Source: an uncultured delta proteobacterium (GTDB lineage: Bacteria > Myxococcota_A > Polyangia > Palsa-1104). From it: DNA of 64,000 bases. The stretch lies in NCBI GenBank assembly GCA_963816965.1, contig CAWFMP010000002.1:3796313-3860312 (forward strand). The letters are read 5' to 3'. Shown piece by piece: positions 10,469 through 18,964 of this stretch. The position numbers and the translations under genes are program-made. The notes under the pieces were generated by a model. It saw nothing but the letters and a program-made list of their open reading frames with translations. It did no database searches and was not told the DNA's origin. Every line of letters begins with the position of its first letter. The stretch's first letter is position 1.

Positions 10469-12031
10469 ATGGACGAGATGGCGAACCCGTTGCGCGAAGG
10501 GCTGCAAGGCGAGCGCATCCCCGCGCCGACGACGATGGTGATCTTCGGCGCCTCGGGCGATCTGACCAAGCGCAAGCTCGTGCCGGCGCTCTATTCGCTG
10601 GCGCGCGATCGGCTGCTGCCGCCGACGCTTCAACGTCGTCGGCGTCGCGCGCCGCGCCCATCGGCGACGACGCGTTCCGCGAGGCGATGCGCGAGTCGAC
10701 GCGACAAGTACGCGCGCCGCCGCCCGGTCGAGGAGGCGCTGTGGAAGACCTTCTCCGACGGCATCTTCTACGTCGACGGGCACCTTCGAGGATCCGGCGA
10801 CCTACGAGCGGCTGAAGAAGCGCGCTCGACGAGATCGACCGCGAGCGCGACACCGGGCAACCGCGTCTTCTACCTGTCGACGCCGCCGTCGGAGTACCCG
10901 GTCATCGTCAAGCATCTGGGCGCGCGCGGGCCTCATCAACCGCGAGCGCACGGGGCCGTTCACGCGCGTCATCATCGAGAAGCCGTTCGGCCGCGATCTG
11001 GAGACGCGCGCGCGCGCTCAACCAGGTCGTGCACGAGCGTGCTGCGCGAGGATCAGATCTACCGCATCGATCACTACCTCGGCAAGGAGACGGTCCAGAA
11101 CATCCTGGTGTTCCGCTTCGCCAACGGCATCTGCGAGCCGCTGTGGAACAACCGCTACGTCGACCACGTGCAGATCACCGTGGCCGAGTCGATCGGCGTC
11201 GAGGGGCGCGGCGGCTACTTCGAGCAGGCCGGCATCTTGCGCGACATGGTGCAGAACCACATGTTCCAGTTCCTCTGCCTGATCGGCGATGGAGCCGCCG
11301 GTGGCGTTCGAGGCCGACGGCGGTGCGCGACGAGAAGCTCAAGGTGCTGCGCTCGCTCCGGCCCTGCCGGACGCGCCGAGGAGATCGAGCGCCATCGTCG
11401 TGCGCGGGCAGTACGGCACGGGCTTCGTCAACGGCCAGGAGATGATCCGCGCTATCGCGAGGAGCCGGGGGTCGGCCACGGACTCGACGATCGAGACCTA
11501 CGTCGCGCTCAAGCTGCTCATCGACAACTGGCGCTGGGCGGGCGTGCCGTTCTACCTGCGCGCGGGCAAGGCGCATGCCCAAGCGCGTCACCGAGATCGC
11601 CATCCACTTCAAGCGCGCGCCGCACGCGCTCTTCGGGCAGGCGGCGCGCGGCCGGCTCGCCGACGAGCCCGAACGTGCTGTCGATCCGCATCCAGCCCGA
11701 CGAGGGCATCTCGCTCAAGTTCGGCTCCAAGGTGCCGGGCCCGACGATGGAGCTTCCGCCCGTGACCATGGAGTTCCGCTACGGCACCTCGTTCGGCGCC
11801 GAGCCGCCCGAGGCCTACGAGCGCCTGATCCTCGACTGCCTGCTCGGCGACGGCACGCTGTTCACGCGCGGCGACGAGGTCGAGGCCTCCTGGGCATGGA
11901 TCGATCGCATCGAGAAGGCCTGGCGCGCCCTGCCGGCGCCGCCGTTTCCCAACTACGCAGCCGGCACCTGGGGGCCGGCCGAGGCCGACCGCTTGATCGA
12001 GGGCGACGGGCGCGTATGGAGAAAGCCGTGA
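10469..12031 (+). pseudogene. zwf: Glucose-6-phosphate 1-dehydrogenase (zwf), reading frame interrupted at least ten times
   Basis: N-terminus MVIFGASGDLTKRKLVPALY (NADP-binding signature) in one frame; successive conserved G6PD segments (IDHYLGKE, DHVQITVAE, RGGYFE…QNH, YGTGFVNG, EIAIHFKRAP, C-terminal …WRKP*) found alternately in all three forward frames; stop overlaps opcA start. Confidence 0.8.
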
Positions 12032-13128
12032 GCGACGATACCGACCGCCTGCAGCTGTTCGAGCAGGGCGGCGCCATCGAGGTCCCGGTGGAGCGCATCG
12101 AGGCCGAGCTGGCGGTGCTGTGGCGGCGCGCGGCCGAGTCGCGCCCGGGGCAGATCCCGAACGCCGTCACCCGCGCCTGTCTGTGGAACCTGGTGGTCCA
12201 CGTTCGGGGCGAGGCGCACTTCACCACCGCCAAGCGCGTGATCGACGATCTGTCGCAGCGCATTCCCGCGCGCACCATCGTCGTCCGCGTCGAGCCCGAC
12301 GCCCCCGACGCGCTGCGGGCGTGGGTCGAGGCCAACTGGCGGCGGCGCGAGGGCGGCGGACCAGCGTCGGGATCGGACGAGGTGACGCTCTGGGCCTCGG
12401 GCAAGGCGATCGAGCGCGTGCCCTCCCTGGTGCGCGCGCTGCTCTTCTCCGATGCGCCGACGGCGATGTTCTGGACGTCGTCGTTGCCGTCCAAGGGGCC
12501 GGTGGTGCGCGAGCTTCTGCACCAGGCCGATCGCCTGATCGTCGACACGCGGCGGCTGACGGACGAGCGGGACCTGGGCGAGCTGTGCGCGCTCGGCCGG
12601 AGCGAGTCGGAGCTGCAGCTGACCGATCTGTCGTGGCTCGGGATCTCGCCCTTGCGCGGGATGTGCGCGGCGGTGTTCGATCCGCCGCGCGACCCGGCCG
12701 TGCTCTACAGGCTCGATCGGGTGCGCGTGGTATCGAACATCCATGGCACACAGGCGCGCGGCCTGCTCCTGCTCGGCTGGCTGATGGCGCGCCTCGGTTG
12801 GAGCGCGGCGCAGCGGCTCGGGGACGACAAGGCGACACGGCGCTGGCAGGCCAAGCGCAAGGACGGGCAGACGGTGACGCTCGAGCTGGCGACGGAGCCG
12901 GGCGGCGACCACGGCGTCGCCGCGCTCGAGCTGCACGCGGGCAAGGACGTCTGGTCGCTGGCGCGCGACACCAGCATCCGCGTCAGCGGGCCCGACATGC
13001 CGCCGCGCTCGCAGCCGGCGCGCAGCCACTCGGACGCGGAGCTGCTCGCCTCGGCGCTCGGCTCGCGCGGCCGCGACAGCATGTTTCGCGAGGCGCTGGC
13101 GCGGGCCGCCGAGCTGGTGCAGCCGTGA
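12016..13128 (+). CDS. opcA: Putative OpcA (glucose-6-phosphate dehydrogenase assembly protein)
   Basis: 370-aa intact ORF starting MEKAVSDDTD inside track ORF 11575..13128; start overlaps zwf stop; position between zwf and pgl as in known zwf-opcA-pgl operons; assignment by context. Confidence 0.55.
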   Translation: MEKAVSDDTDRLQLFEQGGAIEVPVERIEAELAVLWRRAAESRPGQIPNAVTRACLWNLVVHVRGEAHFTTAKRVIDDLSQRIPARTIVVRVEPDAPDALRAWVEANWRRREGGGPASGSDEVTLWASGKAIERVPSLVRALLFSDAPTAMFWTSSLPSKGPVVRELLHQADRLIVDTRRLTDERDLGELCALGRSESELQLTDLSWLGISPLRGMCAAVFDPPRDPAVLYRLDRVRVVSNIHGTQARGLLLLGWLMARLGWSAAQRLGDDKATRRWQAKRKDGQTVTLELATEPGGDHGVAALELHAGKDVWSLARDTSIRVSGPDMPPRSQPARSHSDAELLASALGSRGRDSMFREALARAAELVQP

Positions 13129-13883
13129 GCGCGCGCCGGGGGCCGGTGTCGCCGGTGCGGACCGAGCGCGGCGACGTCTTCGTCTACGATGACGCCGGCG
13201 AGGTGGCGCAGGCGGCGGCCGAGGCGTTCGTGGCCATCGTCGCCGGCGTGCTCGCCGATGCGGCGGTGGCGCGGGTGGCGCTCGCCGGCGGCTCCACGCC
13301 CAAGGCGATGTATCGCCTGCTGGCGTCGCCGGCCTATCGCGAGCGCGTCGATTGGCCGCGGGTCGAGATCTTCTTCGGCGACGAGCGCTGCGTGCCGCCC
13401 GATCACCCCGACTCCAACTATCGCATGGCACGCGAGGCGCTGCTCGATCACGTGCCGCTCGGCGCCGATCGGGTGCACCGCGTCGCCGGCGAGCGGCCAC
13501 CCGCGGAGGCGGCGGCGCAGTATCAGCAGACCTTGGCGCGTCTCGGCGATCCGCCGCGCCTCGATCTCGTCCTTCTCGGCATGGGGCCGGACGGACACAC
13601 GGCGTCGCTGTTTCCGGGCACGCCGGTGCTGACCGAGACGCGCACGCTGGCGGCGGCGGTGCACGTCGACAAGCTCGACAGCTGGCGGGTGACGCTGACG
13701 GCGCCGGTCCTGTCGGCGGCGGCGCACGTCCTCATCACGGCGGTGGGCACCCAGAAGGCGGAGGCGCTGGCGAAGGCGCTGCGGTCGCCGCCCGGCACGG
13801 TGCCGATTCAGCTCGTGCGCGCGATCGATCAGCGCTGGCTCGTCGATCGGCAGGCGGCGCAAAAGTGGCGCGACGAGATCTGA
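13125..13883 (+). CDS. pgl: 6-phosphogluconolactonase
   Basis: GTG start overlapping opcA stop; motifs ALAGGSTPKAMY and LGMGPDGHTASLFPG typical of Pgl/NagB family. Confidence 0.8.
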   Translation: MSARRGPVSPVRTERGDVFVYDDAGEVAQAAAEAFVAIVAGVLADAAVARVALAGGSTPKAMYRLLASPAYRERVDWPRVEIFFGDERCVPPDHPDSNYRMAREALLDHVPLGADRVHRVAGERPPAEAAAQYQQTLARLGDPPRLDLVLLGMGPDGHTASLFPGTPVLTETRTLAAAVHVDKLDSWRVTLTAPVLSAAAHVLITAVGTQKAEALAKALRSPPGTVPIQLVRAIDQRWLVDRQAAQKWRDEI

Positions 13884-13917
13884 ATTTGCTAATGTGCGCC
13901 GTCGGAGGCAATGACAC

Positions 13918-14079
13918 ATGGCGCGCCGAACCAAACGTCGGGTCAAGCAGCGGTCCAAGGCTCACAAGAAGTGGGTGAAGGCAAAGCGCACGCGCAAGAA
14001 GGGCGCGCACCCCAAGGTCGGCTACGGCACCAAGAAGCGTCGCGCCCGCGCCGCCAAGAAGAAGACGGGCAAGAAGTAG
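13918..14079 (+). CDS. Small highly basic Lys/Arg-rich protein (53 aa)
   Basis: Own translation: MARRTKRRVKQRSKAHKKWVKAKRTRKKGAHPKVGYGTKKRRARAAKKKTGKK*; GGAGG 9 nt upstream; below ORF-track length cutoff. Confidence 0.45.
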   Translation: MARRTKRRVKQRSKAHKKWVKAKRTRKKGAHPKVGYGTKKRRARAAKKKTGKK

Positions 14080-14082
14080 CCC

Positions 14083-15171
14083 CTAGATCCGGTAGGCCTC
14101 GACGACGACGCCGGCGGTCGTGCGCCGCATCCAGTAGATGGTGCCGTCGTCGCCCACGTACAGATCACGGAACGACTCCTCCCGTGGCGGCGGCGCCGGC
14201 AGGGTCAAGCGGCCCGCCTCGCTGCCGTCGGGCGTGAGCGCCACCAGCGTCAACGACTCGTCTCCGATGGCGTAGGGCGGCGCCGTTGCTTCGCGGCCGG
14301 TGTGCGCGCCGATGTAGATACGACCGGCGGCGTCGCTGTCGAGGAGCGCGAGGAACATGAGCGGCGCTCCGAAGTCGACGGTTGCTTGCCACGCGGCAGG
14401 GTCTTCGGCGCCCGCGAAGAGCGAGACGCGGGCGCGGCCGGCAGCGCGATCGACGATCGCGGCCGAGACGAAGCGGCCGTCGCGGGTCGGGCGGCCGGGC
14501 GCCGCGGCGCGCGACGGATCGGCAGCGCCGCTGGGATCGGCCAGGCGCAGCCAGGCGCCGTGCTCGCGCTCGATGTAGAGCGCGCCGTCGCGGTCGCCGA
14601 ACAGGCCGGTGACCGCCGCCGGCTCGCCGATGCCCGGGCCGGCGAGCGGCAGCGTCGCGCGCGTCGTGCCGTCGCTGTCGTAGAGGGTGACGCGCTTGTC
14701 GTGCAGGCGGTCGAGCACGCCGATGCGGTCGCGCGCGCGCGCCAGATCCTGCGCGGCGTCGGTGTCGAGCGCGATCGGCGGCAGCGGGTGGCCGTGGGTG
14801 TCGAAGCGCGCGATGCGGCGGTTGACGTTGTCGAGGACGACGACGCCGCGACCGTCGACGAAGAAGCTCATCGGACCTTCGGTCACCGACTCGGGATCGC
14901 TGCGGTGACCGAGCTGGCCGGCGCCGCCGCCCCACGCCGCCGACAGGACCGCGCGCGCCCGCGCCGGTCGCCCGCCGTCGGCGGGGCCGAGCTGCGCCCC
15001 CGGCGCGGGCGCCGGTCGGGGCGGGGATTTGGCGGCAGCCGCCGGTGCCGGGGGCGCTGCGGAAGGCGCCGGCGCCGCGGCCGGGTGCAGCCCGCGCCAG
15101 AGGAAGAATCCGAGCGCAACGACGAGCGCCGCCACCAGGAGCGCCGCCAGCGCCACCCGCGCCGCACTCAT
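14083..15171 (-). CDS. Hypothetical membrane-anchored protein
   Basis: 362-aa ORF with N-terminal hydrophobic segment (LAALLVAALVVALGFFLW) and Pro/Ala-rich linker; start overlaps stop of upstream gene (ATGA). Confidence 0.55.
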   Translation of the reverse strand: MSAARVALAALLVAALVVALGFFLWRGLHPAAAPAPSAAPPAPAAAAKSPPRPAPAPGAQLGPADGGRPARARAVLSAAWGGGAGQLGHRSDPESVTEGPMSFFVDGRGVVVLDNVNRRIARFDTHGHPLPPIALDTDAAQDLARARDRIGVLDRLHDKRVTLYDSDGTTRATLPLAGPGIGEPAAVTGLFGDRDGALYIEREHGAWLRLADPSGAADPSRAAAPGRPTRDGRFVSAAIVDRAAGRARVSLFAGAEDPAAWQATVDFGAPLMFLALLDSDAAGRIYIGAHTGREATAPPYAIGDESLTLVALTPDGSEAGRLTLPAPPPREESFRDLYVGDDGTIYWMRRTTAGVVVEAYRI

Positions 15172-16958
15172 AGCGCCGGCAGCGCCGCGATCTCCGCCGG
15201 CACCTCTTCGCCGCGCACGATCACCACCGTCGGGCCCTCATCGAGGGCGCCGGCCCACCTGGCTGCCTTGACGCTGACGTCGACGACCGGCCACGCGCCG
15301 TGCAGCCGTGCCTCGACGAGCATCGAGGCCAGCGTGCGCGCCGGCGCCGGGCTGTCGACGAGCAGGAGGGCGACGTCATAACCGTGCTGCGCGGCCAGGC
15401 GGGCGCCGATCTGTGGCAGCGGCTCGGCGCCGCCGTCCAGGCGAACGTTGCCCCCCGGCAGCTCCAGGTCGCCGGCGCCGCCACTGACGATGGGCACGCG
15501 CGACGGCGCGCCGTCGAGGAAACGGGCAGCCGGCGCGGACAGGGTGAGCCGACCGTCGGGCGCGCGCAGAAGGCCGAGCTGGCCGCACAGCCCGCGGCCG
15601 AGCGCCTCGTTCCACGCCGCCTCGTCGGCTCCTTCGCTTTCGCCGAGCGCGCGCGCCACCGTCGCCGCCGGTACGCCCGCGTGACCGAGGAGCCGCGCGC
15701 CATAGACGAGCGCCAGCGCGCGCGCCGCCCGTTCGTCGAGCGCCAGCCGCGCGATCGCCGTCGCCAACGTCGACTCCGCGGGCGGCGCCGGCGTCTCGAG
15801 CGCGCGCCGCGGCGCCGCGAGCTGCTTGTCGGCCCAGTCGCACAGCTCGTCGCGCCAGTGCGCCGCCGGCTCGCCGGGCGCTTCGACCGGCTCCGTCGCC
15901 GCCAACGCGACGGCGGTGCGCGCGGGCGGTGGCGGGGCCTTGGCCGCGGGCGCGACCTGCGCCGAGCCCGCCTTGGCCGCGTGCAGCTTGCCGCGCCAAT
16001 CGGCCGGATCGGACACGCGCGGATGCCCCTTGGTCGCCGTGGTCGCCGTCGCTGCCGGCAGCGTGGTCGTGGCGATCGGCTCCGGCGGCGCGGCGGGGTG
16101 GAGCGGCATCCACGTCGGGGCCCCGGCATCGACCAGCACCAGCGCCGGCTCGGCGCCCTCGACGACGCAGATGGCGCGCGGCGAAAACGGCGGCGTCAGG
16201 GCGCGTCGATCGCCCGCTTGAAAGTCGAGCTCGACGAGCGCCAGCGGCGCCTCGTCGGCCGCGCGGGTGGCGACGATGAGCCGGGGCGCATCGGGGTGGC
16301 CCGCGGCCCCGACGATGCTGGTGCCGAGCTCGACCCGCGCCTGCAGTCGCCCGTCGGAGAAGCGAAACACCTCGAGCGTGCCCTTGGGCCCGGCGTCCGC
16401 GATCCACAACAGGCGGCGTCGCGCCGAGAAGCCGGCGAGCTGCGCGCGCGGCAACAGCGGCAGGTTCAGCCGGAACAGGGCGCGCCGTAAGAACGGATCC
16501 CAGCACTCGAGCTGCGCCTCGCGCGTGCGCGACGCGGCCAGCAGCCGCTCCTCGGGGGCGCCCGTCGCCAGCAGCAGCGGCTCGCGCAGCGCGATGGGCT
16601 CGATCAGGATCCGCGTCGTCACGGCCACGACGCGCGGCTGCTCCAGATTCTCGGTGGCCACCAGCGCGCGCGCGCCCACGGCCGTCAACAGGCGCAAGCG
16701 CTCGTCGAGCTCCAGCGACGCTACCAGCTCGAGCGACGGCAGCGCGTAGCCGTGCAGCTGCGAGCGGCCGTCGCCGGGCACGACAACGAGCAGACGATCG
16801 CTGCCGAGGAAGGCGATCTCGGCCGGCCCGTCGAGCGGCGCGGACGCGAGCTCGGCGTGCGTCGACGCCGCGTACAGCGTCAGCTTGGCGCCGGCGCACG
16901 CGACATAGGCGCCGTCGAGGCTGGCGGCGAGGTCGGGCGCGCCGGGCTGGAGTCGCAT
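15168..16958 (-). CDS. Hypothetical protein (596 aa), co-operonic with 14083..15171
   Basis: Long ORF with consistent GC3 bias; no family recognised. Confidence 0.55.
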   Translation of the reverse strand: MRLQPGAPDLAASLDGAYVACAGAKLTLYAASTHAELASAPLDGPAEIAFLGSDRLLVVVPGDGRSQLHGYALPSLELVASLELDERLRLLTAVGARALVATENLEQPRVVAVTTRILIEPIALREPLLLATGAPEERLLAASRTREAQLECWDPFLRRALFRLNLPLLPRAQLAGFSARRRLLWIADAGPKGTLEVFRFSDGRLQARVELGTSIVGAAGHPDAPRLIVATRAADEAPLALVELDFQAGDRRALTPPFSPRAICVVEGAEPALVLVDAGAPTWMPLHPAAPPEPIATTTLPAATATTATKGHPRVSDPADWRGKLHAAKAGSAQVAPAAKAPPPPARTAVALAATEPVEAPGEPAAHWRDELCDWADKQLAAPRRALETPAPPAESTLATAIARLALDERAARALALVYGARLLGHAGVPAATVARALGESEGADEAAWNEALGRGLCGQLGLLRAPDGRLTLSAPAARFLDGAPSRVPIVSGGAGDLELPGGNVRLDGGAEPLPQIGARLAAQHGYDVALLLVDSPAPARTLASMLVEARLHGAWPVVDVSVKAARWAGALDEGPTVVIVRGEEVPAEIAALPAL

Positions 16959-16978
16959 CGCCCGGTTGTAACGCGAAA

Positions 16979-17530
16979 CTAGGGCGAGGTGAAGGCGACG
17001 GGGTTGTACTGGGACAGATAGACGCGGCTGGTGTCGGCGCCGGTGAAGTAGATCTGCGCCGGCGCACCGTCGATGCGCAGGTCGACATAGATCGGATCGG
17101 CCGAGGGCACGAAGTCGACGCCGTCGGGCGTGTCCTGGGGCACCGACGAGAAGTCGATGGCGCTGCCGTCGGCCTGGACGGCGATCTGCTCGCGGCCGCT
17201 CAGCGGCGTCACGCTCGACGGGTCGATGACTCCGTCGCTGGAGACGCTGCCGGTGAAGCTGCTGGTGGAGCCGGCCAGCGCGACCCAGGCGATGCGGTAG
17301 CCGCCCTGCCCATTGGCGGTGACGACGAAGCCGAGCTCGTCGCCCGGCACTTCGCTGGCGGCGCCCGGGCGCACGTGGTAGCCGAGCTGGCCGCGCACGC
17401 CGAGCGGCACGGGGCTATCGGGCGGCGGGCCGCTGGCGCAGCCGGCCAGACACACAGAGGCGCACAAGGGGAGGGCGAGGGCGAGGGCGACCCGGCGCAT
17501 GCCTGGAATCATGACACGCCGCCGGCTCAA
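16979..17530 (-). CDS. Hypothetical lipoprotein, paralog A of tandem pair
   Basis: Signal peptide + LAGCAS lipobox; shares GF(V/I)TANGQGGYR and C-terminal PVAFTSP with upstream neighbour. Confidence 0.7.
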   Translation of the reverse strand: MSRRRVMIPGMRRVALALALPLCASVCLAGCASGPPPDSPVPLGVRGQLGYHVRPGAASEVPGDELGFVVTANGQGGYRIAWVALAGSTSSFTGSVSSDGVIDPSSVTPLSGREQIAVQADGSAIDFSSVPQDTPDGVDFVPSADPIYVDLRIDGAPAQIYFTGADTSRVYLSQYNPVAFTSP

Positions 17531-18105
17531 GGCGAGGTGAACGCGACCGGGTCGTAGTCGGAGTTGAGCTGCGCGCCCGACTCGGCCCCCGTGAAGTAGA
17601 TGCCGAAGCCCGACTGCGAGCCGTCGACGCGGAGGTCGAGGTAGATCGGATCGGTCGTCGAGACCAGGTCGACGCCGTCGACGTTGCTGCCGGGCGTCGA
17701 CGCAAAGGTGATGGTGCCGTCGTCGGCCGAGAGCTGGATGTCCTCGGCGCCCGAGTAGCCGTTCAGCTGCGACGGATCGAAGTAGCCGTCGGTGGTGATG
17801 GAGCCGGTGAAGCTCGCCGCCGAGCCGTAGGTGTCGCTCCAGGTGACGCGATAGCCGCCCTGGCCGTTGGCGGTGATGACGAAGCCGAGGTCGCCCGCGG
17901 GCAGCTCGGCCGAGGCGCCGGGGGCGACGCGATAGCCGAGCAGCTGCGCCTGGCCGAGCGGGCGCGCCGCATCGAGCGCCGGCGCGGGCGGCGGATAGTT
18001 GCCGCCGCCGCCCCCACCGCCATGCGGCCCGGGGTCGGCCACGATGCAGCCGGTGGCGGGAACCGCGAAGGCCAAGAGCAGGACCAGCTTCTTCAGGTTG
18101 GGCAT
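17527..18105 (-). CDS. Hypothetical lipoprotein, paralog B of tandem pair
   Basis: Signal peptide + ATGC lipobox, Gly-rich linker; stop overlaps start of paralog A (4-nt overlap). Confidence 0.7.
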   Translation of the reverse strand: MPNLKKLVLLLAFAVPATGCIVADPGPHGGGGGGGNYPPPAPALDAARPLGQAQLLGYRVAPGASAELPAGDLGFVITANGQGGYRVTWSDTYGSAASFTGSITTDGYFDPSQLNGYSGAEDIQLSADDGTITFASTPGSNVDGVDLVSTTDPIYLDLRVDGSQSGFGIYFTGAESGAQLNSDYDPVAFTSP

Positions 18106-18286
18106 TGTTCGTCTCCAGGCTCGCTATGTCGGTGAGACGTGCCGCCCGCGCCTTTGTTCAACCGGCCAACTTCGCGGATTCCCAGACGGTGCGTGTAGGT
18201 CTGGAGTGCATCTCGTACATGCGGACCGAGCGTGAGGGCCGGGCCGCAAGCAGCGCGAGGCGCGACGACCGCGAATACCTCGACGG

Positions 18287-18868
18287 CTCATGATTCATCA
18301 CATCTCCGCATTTGATTGAGCGAACGGCATCGCAGCGAGAGCGTGCCCAAACGCCATCCTTGGTGGCAGTGTCGCCGGTTGGCGCCGAGGGGCCGCGGGA
18401 GGTCGTCGGAGCCGTCTTGCCGGGACGGGCCCGCCACGCCGGCGGCCTTACCGGCCGGCGGCACGTCCGGGCCCTCGGCTCGTCGCTGGCAACCGCCCTG
18501 CGGGCGGAGCGCTCCTCGACGCCCGGCAAGACGGCCCCGCCGACCGCCCGCTCTATGGGCTCGTGGGAACCTTCAGCCAAGCACGATTGTCGAAGCTCCC
18601 GCGTCGTCGAGAGCAGCCTCTCCACCCGCTGCGACCGTCCGGTTCTTGGACGAGCACAGAGGCTCCGCGCGCACTGCCCCGCTGGGCGAGTTCCGCAGCA
18701 CCGGCAAGGGGTCTAATCGAGCACGGAGGTGCGGTGGCGAGGACTGTTTGAGCCCAGCGGGGCAGTGCGCGCGGAGCCGGACGTGGCGCTTTGGCGCGCT
18801 CTCGATGCAACGCGGGTCTGAAAGCGGAACCTTTCGAGAGCTCGAACCGAGATGTGATGAATCATGAG
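18287..18868. mobile_element. MITE-like non-autonomous element: perfect 20-bp terminal inverted repeats flanked by a 10-bp target-site duplication
   Basis: TIR-L CTCATGATTCATCACATCTC (18287..18306) is the exact reverse complement of TIR-R (18849..18868); direct repeat ACCTCGACGG at 18277..18286 and 18869..18878; 582 bp, no transposase-sized ORF. Confidence 0.6.
18661..18778. repeat. 26-bp perfect inverted repeat (long hairpin) inside the MITE-like element
   Basis: GGCTCCGCGCGCACTGCCCCGCTGGG at 18661..18686 and its exact reverse complement at 18753..18778, 66-nt spacer. Confidence 0.6.
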
Positions 18869-18964
18869 ACCTCGACGGTATTCAAGGGAGAAGCAACGCA
18901 GCGATGCGCCGCGGAGCGGCCATCACGCGACGGGAGTATTTGCGAGATGCACTCTAACCTTGGA

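Noticed and set aside
8990-12031. 1013-aa plus-strand ORF covering GH15 3' half and zwf
   Set aside because: Only short stretches in this frame match G6PD. The rest is Arg/Ala-rich noise overlapping the real GH15 frame. The frame stays open only because of GC bias.
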